Positions 30,519 to 40,253 of a stretch of 64,000 bases of DNA are shown one piece after another. The notes under the pieces were generated by a model, which did not search any database, had not been told where the DNA came from, and saw nothing but the letters and a program-made list of their open reading frames with translations. Within the stretch, counting starts at the first letter, position 1; every line of letters starts with the position of its first letter. A program made the translations under genes and the position numbers. Origin of the DNA: Bacteroidales bacterium (GTDB taxonomy: Bacteria; Bacteroidota; Bacteroidia; Bacteroidales; UBA7960). The stretch is from assembly GCA_019429365.1 (NCBI GenBank), contig JAHYJD010000008.1, positions 948-64,947 of the forward strand. Direction: 5' to 3'.

Positions 30519-31271
30519 TTACACCCAGCCCGGTGGAATCTTCTTCAGGTCTTCGGGGGTATCGATGCCCGGCGATTGATGATTGGTCTCGGCCACCTGT
30601 ATTTTGAAGCCGTTTTCGAGCCAGCGAAGCTGTTCGAGCGATTCGGCCTTTTCGAGTGGGCTCAGTGCCAGGCCGGCCAGTTCTTTTAAAATGCCATGGC
30701 GGTAGCCATACATGCCCACATGCCGGTAATAGGTATGGGCTTTTGGCCATTCGGTCTGCTCCTTGCCCCTGATAAATGGTATGGCCCAGCGGCTGAAATA
30801 AAGGGCCTGACCACGGCGATCGAAAACAACTTTGACGATGTTGGAATTGAAAAGATCGTGCGGGTCTTCAATTTTCTTTGCCAGGGTGCCTATGCTGGTG
30901 CTGGTATCTTTGAAAAGACGACAGAGCATTTCAATTTGTTCGGGGAGAATAAATGGTTCGTCGCCCTGAATGTTTATCACCACGTCTGATTCGCTGAGTT
31001 CAAGGTTGTCGGAGAGCAGGCTCGAGGCTTCGAGGCAGCGGTCGGTGCCACTTTCGTGGTGGCTGCCGGTCATTACTGCTTTGCCAAAGTTTTGCACGTG
31101 GCTGAGGATGCGCTCATCGTCGGTGGCCACAACAACCTGGCTCAGCAAAGTGCATTTCGAGGCCTGCTCATACACCCGCTGTATCATCGATTTATTGCCG
31201 ATTATGGCCAGTGGCTTGCCCGGGAAGCGGGTGGAGGCATAGCGGGCAGGTATTATACCAATATACTTCAT
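30519..31271 (-). CDS. kdsB: 3-deoxy-manno-octulosonate cytidylyltransferase (CMP-Kdo synthetase)
   Basis: IIPARYASTRFPGKPL N-terminus and the NIQGDEP motif. Confidence 0.92.
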   Translation of the reverse strand: MKYIGIIPARYASTRFPGKPLAIIGNKSMIQRVYEQASKCTLLSQVVVATDDERILSHVQNFGKAVMTGSHHESGTDRCLEASSLLSDNLELSESDVVINIQGDEPFILPEQIEMLCRLFKDTSTSIGTLAKKIEDPHDLFNSNIVKVVFDRRGQALYFSRWAIPFIRGKEQTEWPKAHTYYRHVGMYGYRHGILKELAGLALSPLEKAESLEQLRWLENGFKIQVAETNHQSPGIDTPEDLKKIPPGWV

Positions 31272-31282
31272 GCCCAAGAATA

Positions 31283-31897
31283 TTAAAACAAACCGTGAAT
31301 TTCGGCGTCGATGCGCTGAATGATATGTCCCAGGTCATCGGGTTTTTCGCTGAATTTGATGGTGTCAACGTTTACTACCAGCAGTTTGCCCAGGTCGTAG
31401 CCGTTAATCCATTCTTCATAGCGTTCGTTGAGGCTTTTCAGGTAGTCGAGCCTGATGGAATTTTCATAATCGCGTCCCCTCTTCTGAATCTGGCTCACAA
31501 GGGTACCCACCCCGGCCTTGAGGTAAATGAGCAGGTCGGGCGGTTGAATAAAGGAGCTCATCAGCTCGAAAAGACTTTTATAGTTATCGAAATCGCGCGA
31601 CGACATTAAACCCATAGCGTGCAGGTTGGGTGCAAAAATATTGGCATCCTCATAAATGGTGCGATCCTGAATCACCGTTTTATTGCCCTTGCGAATGTCG
31701 ACAATCTGCCTGAATCGGCTGTTGAGAAAATAAATCTGCAGATTGAATGACCAACGCTGCATGTCTTCATAAAAATTGTTCAGGTAAGGGTTGGTGTCTA
31801 CGTCTTCGTAGTGGGCCTCCCAGCCGTAGTGTTTCGAAAGCAGTCCTGCAAGCGTTGTTTTTCCTGAACCAATGTTTCCGGCAATGGCTATGTGCAT
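31283..31897 (-). CDS. Deoxynucleoside kinase (dAK/dGK family)
   Basis: GNIGSGKTT P-loop directly after the ATG at 31897, plus a DR(T/S)IYED-type motif. The longer track ORF would overlap the upstream gene. Confidence 0.85.
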   Translation of the reverse strand: MHIAIAGNIGSGKTTLAGLLSKHYGWEAHYEDVDTNPYLNNFYEDMQRWSFNLQIYFLNSRFRQIVDIRKGNKTVIQDRTIYEDANIFAPNLHAMGLMSSRDFDNYKSLFELMSSFIQPPDLLIYLKAGVGTLVSQIQKRGRDYENSIRLDYLKSLNERYEEWINGYDLGKLLVVNVDTIKFSEKPDDLGHIIQRIDAEIHGLF

Positions 31898-31923
31898 GGC
31901 GATTGATTTACTTAGGTTAAAAA

Positions 31924-32748
31924 CTAAAACAGCCTGCCGGCTGCCTGATAAATACGGATGTCGTTTCCGGTATGAACCCATATCTTTGAGCCACTTACCA
32001 GTCCCGACCTTATTTTCGTTTCTGGCAACAAAAATAAGGTTTCCTCCTGAAGCACAAAATCAAAATTGATCAATTCTTTTTCAGAAAACCAGACAACATG
32101 GTTTCCCTGAACCTGAAAGCGTTCAATCCCTTTTTTTTCAATAATAAAAAGAAAATTTCCGAAGGTGTCGAAAACGGCGATGCCAGCATTGGGTTCGCTG
32201 ACATACAGCCTTGCGTTGGCTTCGGTAATAAAGGCGGGTTCGCCAAATGCGGGCAGGATTTCAAAAAACGGGAGACTTTGCGCCTGAAGACGGAAGTCCT
32301 GGCTATATTGCTGCAGGCGCATATCCTGGGGAACAAATACCCAAAAGCCGCCCAAAGCGGAGCTACATACAACCCCGGGAAAACCTGGCAGGATGCCAGC
32401 AGCAGAATGAGGCGCTTCCTTTTCGGCCAGGTTGCGGTCGAGCCAAACAATGTGCATAAAATCGCGGTGATAAACCATCACGTTCAGCGGGTCGCTGGCA
32501 TCGACTAAATGTATTTGCCCGAAGCGCGGATTGGAATAATGCAGGTAAGTTTTGCTGGCGGGCTCATATTTGGTGAGTCCCTCCCGGTTGGTCCAGTAAA
32601 GGTTGCCCAGAGGATCGACGGTAAAAAAATCGCTGTTGGCTGCAATACTTTCCACCAGGGTTAGGGCGGGGCTTGATTGGGCCAAAGTTCCCTGGCCTGC
32701 CATTAACCCTAAGAAGGTAAAGAAAATATAAACGGTTAAAGATCTCAA
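31924..32748 (-). CDS. Hypothetical secreted protein
   Basis: TTG start with a signal-peptide-like FFTFLGLMAGQGTLAQ. Translationally coupled to GH3 (4-nt overlap). I recognised no family. Confidence 0.5.
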   Translation of the reverse strand: MRSLTVYIFFTFLGLMAGQGTLAQSSPALTLVESIAANSDFFTVDPLGNLYWTNREGLTKYEPASKTYLHYSNPRFGQIHLVDASDPLNVMVYHRDFMHIVWLDRNLAEKEAPHSAAGILPGFPGVVCSSALGGFWVFVPQDMRLQQYSQDFRLQAQSLPFFEILPAFGEPAFITEANARLYVSEPNAGIAVFDTFGNFLFIIEKKGIERFQVQGNHVVWFSEKELINFDFVLQEETLFLLPETKIRSGLVSGSKIWVHTGNDIRIYQAAGRLF

Positions 32749-34259
32749 TCGTTTATGAATTTAAGGATCTCGTCAACGTATTTACGCTCATTGTAAAGGC
32801 GCGGTACTTTGTTTTGCCCGCCTATTTTACCTTTCGATTTCAGCCAGCGGAAAAAAGTTTCGTGAGGCACACTGTGCACCAGGGGCAACTTAAGCATAAG
32901 GTTAGAGCTGCGTTTGGCCTCGTAGTCAGAGTTCAGATTTTGCAATTCTTTATCGAACACTTTGGTAAACTTTTCCAGGCTGTCGGGCTCCACTTCAAAC
33001 TCAATAAGATATTCGTGGGCGGCCGATTCATTGTCTTTAAGATAAACCGGTGCGGCAGTATACTCTGAAATGATGGCCCCTGTGGCTTGGCAGGCAGCAT
33101 CCAATGCATTGTCAGAGTTGTCAACAATCACTTCTTCGCCAAAAGCGTTAATAAAGTTTTTGGTGCGTCCGCTTATTTTGATGCGGAAGGGCGATAGGCT
33201 GGTAAACCGGATGGTGTCGCCGATCATGTATCGCCACAGGCCGCCGTTGGTAGTAATCACCAGCGCATAGTTGGTTTCGGTGTCCACGCCTTCCAGTGTC
33301 ACCACCCTGGGGTTGGGCTTGCCAAATTCCTCCATGGGGATGAACTCGTAGAAAATTCCGAAGTCGAGCATCAGCAGCATTTCATCGGAGCAGGCGCGAT
33401 CCTGTATGGCAAAGAATCCTTCGGAAGCATTGTAGGTTTCCAGGTAATACATTTGGCTTGAAGGGATGATCTTCTGGAATTGCTCGCGGTAGGGGATAAA
33501 GCTTACACCGCCATGATTGAAGAGTTCAAGGTTTGGCCAAACCTCTAAAATGTTTCTTCGGCCGGTAATCTCAAGAATCCTTTTCAGCAGCACCAGATTC
33601 CAGGATGGTACCCCGCTAATGCTGGTAACGTTTTCGGTAATGGTGGCTTTGGCAATTTTGTCGAGCTTCACTTCCCAGTCGTCGAGCAGGGCCAGGGAAA
33701 GATCCGGGGTGCGGAAAAACTCTCCCCATGAGGGGAAGTTCTGCAGCAAAATGGCCGACAGATCGCCGAAATAAGCCCGGTTGTTAAACTCACTCACTTT
33801 GTGGCTACCGCCCAGCACCAGGCCCTTGCCGTTAAAGACCATGTTGTCAGGGCGATTGTGGCAATATAGTGCCATAACATCCTTGCCTCCTTTCATGTGG
33901 CAGTCTTCCAGCGCTTCATCGCTCACCGGGATAAATTTGCTTTTGTCGCTGGTAGTACCACTCGATTTGGCAAACCATCTGATCTCGCTGGGCCAAATCA
34001 GGTTGTTTTCGCCCTTGCGCAAGCGTTCAATGTATGGTTTTACATCTTCGTAATCCTGCAAGGGCAGCCTTTCCTTAAAATCTTTGTAACTGCGTATGCT
34101 TGCAAAATCGTACTTCTTGCCCCATTCGGTGTCTTCAGAAAAAGTAATGAGTTTCATCAACAGGTCTTCCTGTACCTCGTGGGGGTAATCCATAAAGTAT
34201 TCGATTTGCGAAATTCGCTTCTTCAGGTACCAGGAAATAACGCTGTTAATAAAGGGCAT
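32745..34259 (-). CDS. GH3-family (auxin-responsive-promoter-like) adenylating acyl-acid amido synthetase homolog
   Basis: 504 aa. The N-terminal INSVISWYLKKR...EQ pattern and the FAKSSGTTS adenylation motif are typical of bacterial GH3 homologs. Confidence 0.75.
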   Translation of the reverse strand: MPFINSVISWYLKKRISQIEYFMDYPHEVQEDLLMKLITFSEDTEWGKKYDFASIRSYKDFKERLPLQDYEDVKPYIERLRKGENNLIWPSEIRWFAKSSGTTSDKSKFIPVSDEALEDCHMKGGKDVMALYCHNRPDNMVFNGKGLVLGGSHKVSEFNNRAYFGDLSAILLQNFPSWGEFFRTPDLSLALLDDWEVKLDKIAKATITENVTSISGVPSWNLVLLKRILEITGRRNILEVWPNLELFNHGGVSFIPYREQFQKIIPSSQMYYLETYNASEGFFAIQDRACSDEMLLMLDFGIFYEFIPMEEFGKPNPRVVTLEGVDTETNYALVITTNGGLWRYMIGDTIRFTSLSPFRIKISGRTKNFINAFGEEVIVDNSDNALDAACQATGAIISEYTAAPVYLKDNESAAHEYLIEFEVEPDSLEKFTKVFDKELQNLNSDYEAKRSSNLMLKLPLVHSVPHETFFRWLKSKGKIGGQNKVPRLYNERKYVDEILKFIND

Positions 34260-34435
34260 AAGCTAAGTTTTCAGGTGTTGGGCCAACATGCAAAAATAAG
34301 GATTTAGCTGCATAATGCACCCAAAGCAGCTATTTTAAAGTAGAATTTATTGGTAGTTATTTTCATTTCGCATTCCTTAAGGGTAAAAGTTTTATATTTG
34401 ATAAACCGCAACCGAGCATTAAATACCCTATTGTT

Positions 34436-35314
34436 ATGGATTTTGTAAAAACGTTTTGTTACGACCCCACCCAGTCCCTGGCTGATTATGGAACAGATTA
34501 TTCAGGTCCTTTTCGCAAGAAAAAAGATACCGAAGAGATCTTCCAGGAAGGCATATTGCGCTTGCGCGAATTGCAGAATATGATGTACGCCCAGGGCAAA
34601 CATGGGGTGCTGATCATACTGCAGGCCCTCGATGCAGCCGGCAAAGATGGCATTATTAAGCATGTAATGAGCGGCGTGAATCCCCAGGGCTGCCAGGTAA
34701 AAAGCTTCAAAACTCCCTCGGGCGAAGAGCTGGCCCACGATTTCATGTGGCGCTGCTTCAAGGCATTACCCGAAAGGGGAAACATTGGCATTTTTAACCG
34801 TTCATACTATGAAGAAGTACTTGTGGTAAGGGTCCATCCGGGGTTTTTGCTTAAACAGAATATTCCCGGGCTCGATCATGTGGACCAGGTCAATCAGGCG
34901 TTTTGGGAAACCCGCTTTCGCGATATTTCGAACTTTGAGCGCTATTTCTCAAACAACGGCTACCTGGTGCTGAAGTTTTTCCTCAACGTTTCGCGCAAAG
35001 AGCAGAAAAAGCGTTTCCTTTCGCGCGTCAATGAGCCTTCAAAAAACTGGAAATTTACCATGGCCGACGTAAACGAACGTCAGCATTTTGAGCAATACCA
35101 CTTAGCCATTGAAGATATGCTGAAGCACACCAGCAGCGACTTTGCTCCCTGGTATGTGATTCCTGCCGACAAAAAATGGTTTATGCGCACAGCCGTTTGC
35201 CGGATTATTGTCGATCACATGGAAAAACTCGATCTGGCTTATCCCGACCCTGGCCCTGCGCACCTGCAGGACATTGAAAGGGCACGCATAATGCTTGAAA
35301 ATGAAAAGGAGTAA
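34436..35314 (+). CDS. Polyphosphate kinase 2 (PPK2) family polyphosphate:nucleotide phosphotransferase
   Basis: Walker-A-like ALDAAGKDG, FNRSYYEE and single-domain size (292 aa). Confidence 0.85.
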   Translation: MDFVKTFCYDPTQSLADYGTDYSGPFRKKKDTEEIFQEGILRLRELQNMMYAQGKHGVLIILQALDAAGKDGIIKHVMSGVNPQGCQVKSFKTPSGEELAHDFMWRCFKALPERGNIGIFNRSYYEEVLVVRVHPGFLLKQNIPGLDHVDQVNQAFWETRFRDISNFERYFSNNGYLVLKFFLNVSRKEQKKRFLSRVNEPSKNWKFTMADVNERQHFEQYHLAIEDMLKHTSSDFAPWYVIPADKKWFMRTAVCRIIVDHMEKLDLAYPDPGPAHLQDIERARIMLENEKE

Positions 35315-35363
35315 ATACTAACTTCTGTTAATAATCGTTTAATTTGCATATATCCCCTGCCCA

Positions 35364-36902
35364 TTGAACTTTTTCCGTAGCATAGCCGGTTTGGAAATTT
35401 ACTCGAGCAAACAGCGCTGGAAGCTGTTTTTGCTTGTATTTGCCGCACTGATTGTAATCGTTTCGCTTTTTTTTACTGATATTCTGGTAAAGAAAGTGGC
35501 CGAAGACGAGCGCCAGAAGGTGTTGCTCTGGGCCGATGCAGTGCAGCGAAGGGCCAGCCTGGTGGTTTACACCGAAGACCTGTTCGAAAACATTAAGGAT
35601 GAAGAACGAAAGCGGGTGGAACTATGGGCCATGGCCAACCAAAAGGTTTGGGAGCCTACCACCGAAAACGTCGATAATTTCTTCCTCGAGATACTTCAGT
35701 CGAACACCACCATCCCGGTGCTGGCTACCGACGACCGCGGAGACGTTATTACCCACCGAAACCTGGGCCCCGAGTTTGGCGATCCCAGGATGTTCGATGA
35801 GCAATTGAAAAATTACTTTTCCGTTTACGAGCCCATACCCATTACTTATTTCTCAGGGGTTTCTTACGAAACACTTTACATCTATTACCAGGACTCTCAT
35901 GTTTTTACCGAACTGCAAAGCCTTTTCGATGACCTGATAGAATCATTTATTTCGGAGGTGGTGGTAAATTCGGCCAATGTGCCCGTTATTATTGTTGACA
36001 ACTCGAGGAGAAAGATCATTGCCGCTGGCAATATTGAACAGCCTGAGCCTACCGATTTGCTGGCTGTAAGGCAGGTAATACAATCGCTGGCCGACAAAAA
36101 TCCGCCCATCACTATTCAACTGCCCATGTATGGCACCTGTCATGTGTTTTATACAAACTCCTTCCTGCTCACCCAGCTCAAGTATTATCCCATTGCCCAG
36201 TTTCTGGTCATCGGCATTTTTCTGATCGTGGCCTACATAATGTTCAGCACCTCGCGCAATGCCGAGCAAAACCAGGTTTGGGTGGGTATGTCGAAAGAAA
36301 CTGCCCATCAGCTTGGGACCCCGCTTTCGTCACTTGTGGGCTGGCTGGAGATTCTGAAGATGAAAGGTGTGGACCAGGGCACGATCAAAGAGATCTCAAA
36401 AGATTTAAAAAGGCTGGAAAATATCACCGAGCGCTTTTCAAAAATCGGGTCTCCGGCCAGGTTGGTGCCGGTCGATATTATTGAAACTACCCGCGAAGCG
36501 GTAGAATACATGAAGAATCGTACTTCTAAAAAAGTGAAGTTCAAGATTCTTTCTTCCGACAAGGAGGTGATGGTGCCGCTCAACACCAACCTTTACGAGT
36601 GGGTAATCGAAAATATCTGTAAAAATGCGGTAGATGCCATGGACGGGGTTGGAAACCTTACCATCGAAATTGAAGACCAGCCAAGGAATGTAATCATTGA
36701 CATTACCGATACCGGGAAAGGCATTGTGGCATCAAAGCACAAAACCGTTTTCACGCCCGGTTACACCAGCAAGCAAAGGGGCTGGGGTCTCGGACTGTCG
36801 CTCAGCAAGCGGATCATTGAAAATTACCACAAAGGCAAGCTTTTTGTCAAACGGTCAGAAATCAATAAAGGCACTACTTTCAGAATAATATTCAATAAAT
36901 AG
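35364..36902 (+). CDS. Membrane sensor histidine kinase with no adjacent response regulator
   Basis: Two TM segments flank a domain of about 230 aa. H-box ETAHQLGTPLSSL, N-box NAVDAM, and G-boxes DTGKGI / GWGLGLS. TTG start, so the start is uncertain. Confidence 0.8.
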   Translation: MNFFRSIAGLEIYSSKQRWKLFLLVFAALIVIVSLFFTDILVKKVAEDERQKVLLWADAVQRRASLVVYTEDLFENIKDEERKRVELWAMANQKVWEPTTENVDNFFLEILQSNTTIPVLATDDRGDVITHRNLGPEFGDPRMFDEQLKNYFSVYEPIPITYFSGVSYETLYIYYQDSHVFTELQSLFDDLIESFISEVVVNSANVPVIIVDNSRRKIIAAGNIEQPEPTDLLAVRQVIQSLADKNPPITIQLPMYGTCHVFYTNSFLLTQLKYYPIAQFLVIGIFLIVAYIMFSTSRNAEQNQVWVGMSKETAHQLGTPLSSLVGWLEILKMKGVDQGTIKEISKDLKRLENITERFSKIGSPARLVPVDIIETTREAVEYMKNRTSKKVKFKILSSDKEVMVPLNTNLYEWVIENICKNAVDAMDGVGNLTIEIEDQPRNVIIDITDTGKGIVASKHKTVFTPGYTSKQRGWGLGLSLSKRIIENYHKGKLFVKRSEINKGTTFRIIFNK

Positions 36903-36991
36903 AAGGTTGATTTCTTGATTTGGCTGTTCCGTTTCAGTTTTTCTTCTCCATCTTGTTTTTTTTCTCAACTTTGTGTTGTAAAAATTTTTCT

Positions 36992-37450
36992 ATGAAACAC
37001 AAGGCGACCATTTTCTTTGTTTTGTTTTTTGCATTTTCTGCAATGGGTTTTCATTTCCTTAGCGTGGAACGCATAATGCTGCAAATGCACAGTCAGAGCC
37101 TTCACAAAGGCAAAAGGGCAGATGTGAATGCAGATCTTTTTTACCAATCGCTTGATGGCAGGCTTGTTACCCGATATACTGAGCCGGTAGATCAGGTAAT
37201 GATCACCAACAACAAAGGCGAAATGGCCATCTACAACGAAAAGGACAACACGGTTTATCGCACCCAGAGCCTGGAATACAGCTCGGAGAATAACCTGATC
37301 TATTTCTTTTTGCAGGGGAAAGCCAGCGATTTGGGGCTGGGGCAAATAGGATTTCAGTTAATGGAAACTCTGTTTGAAGACGGGCTGATGATTACCAGGT
37401 GGTTTCCACCTTCAGGGATGTATCATCTTTTTAATTTCTGGGCAAAATAA
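36992..37450 (+). CDS. Hypothetical exported protein
   Basis: The ATG at 36992 gives a signal-like MKHKATIFFVLFFAFSAMGF. I recognised no family. Confidence 0.45.
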   Translation: MKHKATIFFVLFFAFSAMGFHFLSVERIMLQMHSQSLHKGKRADVNADLFYQSLDGRLVTRYTEPVDQVMITNNKGEMAIYNEKDNTVYRTQSLEYSSENNLIYFFLQGKASDLGLGQIGFQLMETLFEDGLMITRWFPPSGMYHLFNFWAK

Positions 37451-37456
37451 AAAAAA

Positions 37457-37480
37457 GCCGTCTTCTGCATTTTAGACGGC
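37457..37480 (-). terminator. Terminator for the peroxiredoxin gene (also follows the convergent plus-strand gene)
   Basis: GCCGTCT (37457-63) pairs with AGACGGC (37474-80). On the minus strand it is followed by a long T-run (A-run 37449-56 on plus). Confidence 0.7.
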
Positions 37481-37504
37481 CTTCTGAATTCATAAGCAAC
37501 GGAA

Positions 37505-38194
37505 TTACTTTTCTTTTTTGAAGCACATAAACCAGTCGAGGCAATAGGTGTTGTCGTCCTGGCTCTCCATGCGCTCTTTTGCCGATCCGCATGAACCGGG
37601 AGGGGGGATGATCACGTCGTCGCCGGGCTGCCAATTGGCAGGAGTAGCAATTTGTTCTTTATCAGCCTTCTGCAAGGCAATGATCATTCGCATAATTTCG
37701 TCCATGTTACGGCCCATGCTGAGCGGATAATACAAAATGGCACGCACCTTGGCCTCGGGGTCCATAATAAATACGGCACGAACGGCTTGGGTAGTGCTGG
37801 CATTTGGCTGAAGCATGCCAAATGCTTTGGCTACATCCATTTTCAGGTCCTCGATCACGGGGAACAATACTTCCACGTTCTTCATTCCCTTGTATTCGAT
37901 CTTTTCTTTTATTGTACGCAGCCATGCAATGTGCGCATAAATGCTGTCGATAGAAAGGCCGATCAACTCGGTGTTCCGCTTGCGGAAATCTTCCTGCATG
38001 GTGGCAAAAGTCATGAATTCGGTAGTGCAAACCGGCGTAAAGTCGGCCGGGTGGCTAAAAAGGATGACCCATTTGCCCTTGTAATCTTCGGGGAAATTGA
38101 TGTCGCCCATGGTTGTTTTGGCCTTAAACGAAGGGGCCAGGTCGCCGATCAGGGGCATTCTTGGTGCTTCCTGCATTGGTGTGTTTTGTTCCAT
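37505..38194 (-). CDS. Peroxiredoxin (Prx6/1-Cys-like subfamily)
   Basis: HPADFTPVCTTE peroxidatic-Cys motif. ATG at 38194 (MEQNTPMQ...) is preferred over the longer track ORF. Confidence 0.88.
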   Translation of the reverse strand: MEQNTPMQEAPRMPLIGDLAPSFKAKTTMGDINFPEDYKGKWVILFSHPADFTPVCTTEFMTFATMQEDFRKRNTELIGLSIDSIYAHIAWLRTIKEKIEYKGMKNVEVLFPVIEDLKMDVAKAFGMLQPNASTTQAVRAVFIMDPEAKVRAILYYPLSMGRNMDEIMRMIIALQKADKEQIATPANWQPGDDVIIPPPGSCGSAKERMESQDDNTYCLDWFMCFKKEK

Positions 38195-38395
38195 AATTAA
38201 TAAATTATAAAGGGTTAATATTAAATATCCAGAAATATAAGACTGGAAAGATATTTCTCCTGTCAAAATTAATGGACTTGCCCTACAATAACAAGTTTAT
38301 TAAGACTTATTCTAAATAAGAAAATCGGGAAACTAATTTTTTTAACATGGTGATTTTTGCCCTTCCTGGAAAGGAGACGGGCAGTGAGCAAAGCC

Positions 38396-38758
38396 TCAAA
38401 GGGTAGGGTAGAAGGCGTCTTCGATATGGGTTACACGGTATTTTTCGCCTTTGAACAGCACGCTGATAATATCGAAGCGCACTTCCAGGTCGAGGTCGTG
38501 TTTGGCAAGGTAATGGTTGGCTGCGGCGATAAGCATTTTTTGTTTACTTCGGGTAACAAACTCTTCGGGCTCACCAAAGAAAGCGGTTTTGCGGGCTTTT
38601 ACCTCAACCACCACCAGCAAATCGCCTTTCTGGGCAATGATATCAATTTCCTTATGGCTCGATTGCCAGTTGGTTTCGAGGATGGTAAAACCATTTTGCC
38701 GCAGGTGATCGGCAGCAAGGGCTTCGCCTTTTTTTCCTGTTTCGTGAAATTCGGCCAT
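38396..38758 (-). CDS. yraN: YraN-family (UPF0102) endonuclease-fold protein
   Basis: GKKGEALAADHLRQNGFTILETNW....EIDIIA...LVVVEVKAR pattern, 120 aa. Confidence 0.85.
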   Translation of the reverse strand: MAEFHETGKKGEALAADHLRQNGFTILETNWQSSHKEIDIIAQKGDLLVVVEVKARKTAFFGEPEEFVTRSKQKMLIAAANHYLAKHDLDLEVRFDIISVLFKGEKYRVTHIEDAFYPTL

Positions 38759-38791
38759 GGGTTCAGGTTTTTTTACAACCCCGCCCTGCTC

Positions 38792-39046
38792 TTACTGGTT
38801 TTCGAAAAGCTCAAATTCGAAATATTCCATAATGGGGTTTGCCAGCAGCTTCTGGCAGGCGGTCTCAACCTTCTGGTGCGCTGCCTGTTGGCTTTCGGCT
38901 TCTACTTCCATTGTAATGTGCTTGCCCATCCTCACATTGGTGATTTCGGGCAGACCCAGGTTTTTCATGCTTTTGGTTATGGCTTTTCCCTGGGGGTCGA
39001 GCAGGGCTTTCAGGGGCATTACATTAATTTCAGCGCGAAATATCAT
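38792..39046 (-). CDS. purS: Phosphoribosylformylglycinamidine synthase subunit PurS
   Basis: 84 aa with the LDPQGKAI motif. Confidence 0.85.
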   Translation of the reverse strand: MIFRAEINVMPLKALLDPQGKAITKSMKNLGLPEITNVRMGKHITMEVEAESQQAAHQKVETACQKLLANPIMEYFEFELFENQ

Positions 39047-39074
39047 ATTGTTTTTCTTTTGGCTGGTTCAGTTT

Positions 39075-39800
39075 TCAGTGTTCGGCGAAAGCCGTGTTTA
39101 ACAGCGACAAAATTAGGTAAAAAATTACTATCAGCGCCACGGCCTGCAAACCGAATAAGAGCAGTGATAAAGCGATCAGGCCAACAAATATGTAACGGGT
39201 GCGGTTTTCGGCCCATTTGAAGTTTTTAATTTTTAGCGAAAAGGTGGGTATGGGCGACACCATGAGCCACGAAAAAAGCAAAATAATAAACAGCATAGCG
39301 GGCACACTTGCGGTAATCATGTCAACCCAGTGAAAGATAAAACCCTGCCTTCCGGCGAAAGCCAGCACAAAAGGCAAAGAAGCAAAAAATGCCGCATTGG
39401 CCGGGGTAGGCAAACCAATAAAGGAGCTGGTCTGCCGGGTGTCGATGTTGAAAATGGCCAGGCGAAGGCCGGCAAAGGTGGCAAGCAAAAAGGCAGCGAA
39501 GGGCAAAACATTTTGAAGGGTCGGGTGGTTAATTGATTGTGCTGCAGCCTGCAGGTAATAATACATTATGGCCGAGGGTGCCAGACCAAAACTTACCAGG
39601 TCGGCAAGGCTGTCGAGCTGCTGACCCAGTTCCGAGCGGGCATTGAGCAGGCGAGCCAACATGCCGTCGGCAAAATCGAGCACCGAACAAAAAGCAATGA
39701 GCAGGGCCGAATAATGTGGTAGTCCTTCAATGGCAAGCACCACGGCTACAGAGCCTAGAAAAAGGTTGAGCAAGGTTACAGCATTTGGCAAATGTTTCAT
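39075..39800 (-). CDS. pssA: CDP-diacylglycerol--serine O-phosphatidyltransferase
   Basis: CDP-alcohol phosphatidyltransferase motif DFADGMLAR...G..LDSLADLVSFG in a polytopic protein. Confidence 0.85.
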   Translation of the reverse strand: MKHLPNAVTLLNLFLGSVAVVLAIEGLPHYSALLIAFCSVLDFADGMLARLLNARSELGQQLDSLADLVSFGLAPSAIMYYYLQAAAQSINHPTLQNVLPFAAFLLATFAGLRLAIFNIDTRQTSSFIGLPTPANAAFFASLPFVLAFAGRQGFIFHWVDMITASVPAMLFIILLFSWLMVSPIPTFSLKIKNFKWAENRTRYIFVGLIALSLLLFGLQAVALIVIFYLILSLLNTAFAEH

Positions 39801-39840
39801 TATTGAATTTTTTTGAATATTTTTTATTCAACCCCGGATT

Positions 39841-40089
39841 ATGGAAAGATCAGCATTCGAACAAGCTTCCTTTAAGGATAAGGTTTATATTGTGCTGGAA
39901 CAGGGAAAGGAAATCTCAAGCAGGCAATTCTTGTTTTACAACATTAAACTTTACAGCCTTTCCGACTATTTTGCCGAGATATGGTATATTCCCACTTCCA
40001 ATAAAATCGACAAGGTGGAGGTGCTCAATATCGACGAGATGCTCCACATTTACCGCAACGATTTCGATATTTCTTCCCTGCTAAAGTAA
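39841..40089 (+). CDS. Hypothetical small protein (82 aa)
   Basis: ATG ORF divergent from pssA. I recognised no motif. Confidence 0.4.
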   Translation: MERSAFEQASFKDKVYIVLEQGKEISSRQFLFYNIKLYSLSDYFAEIWYIPTSNKIDKVEVLNIDEMLHIYRNDFDISSLLK

Positions 40090-40183
40090 ACAGATTTTTT
40101 TCGTACGGCCCCTGTTTATTCAATTTTTTGAACGGTTTTCAGCCATCAGTTTTTGTTTTTTTTCTTTTCCCTTCCGGGGAATG

Positions 40184-40214
40184 TTTTGTAATCCGCCCTA
40201 AACTGATATTTTTG
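40184..40214 (+). promoter_or_regulatory. Bacteroidetes-type promoter candidate for the DPP-IV gene
   Basis: TTTG (40184-87), then 19 nt, then TATTTTTG (40207-14). This matches the -33 TTTG / -7 TAnnTTTG consensus and lies 40 nt upstream of the ATG. Confidence 0.5.
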
Positions 40215-40253
40215 TGGCCACCAAAGTTCAGAACAAACCTTTAGAAAATCAAC

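Noticed and set aside
38357-39220. 287-aa plus-strand ORF
   Set aside because: It overlaps yraN, purS and the 3' end of pssA on the opposite strand, all of which have recognisable family signatures.
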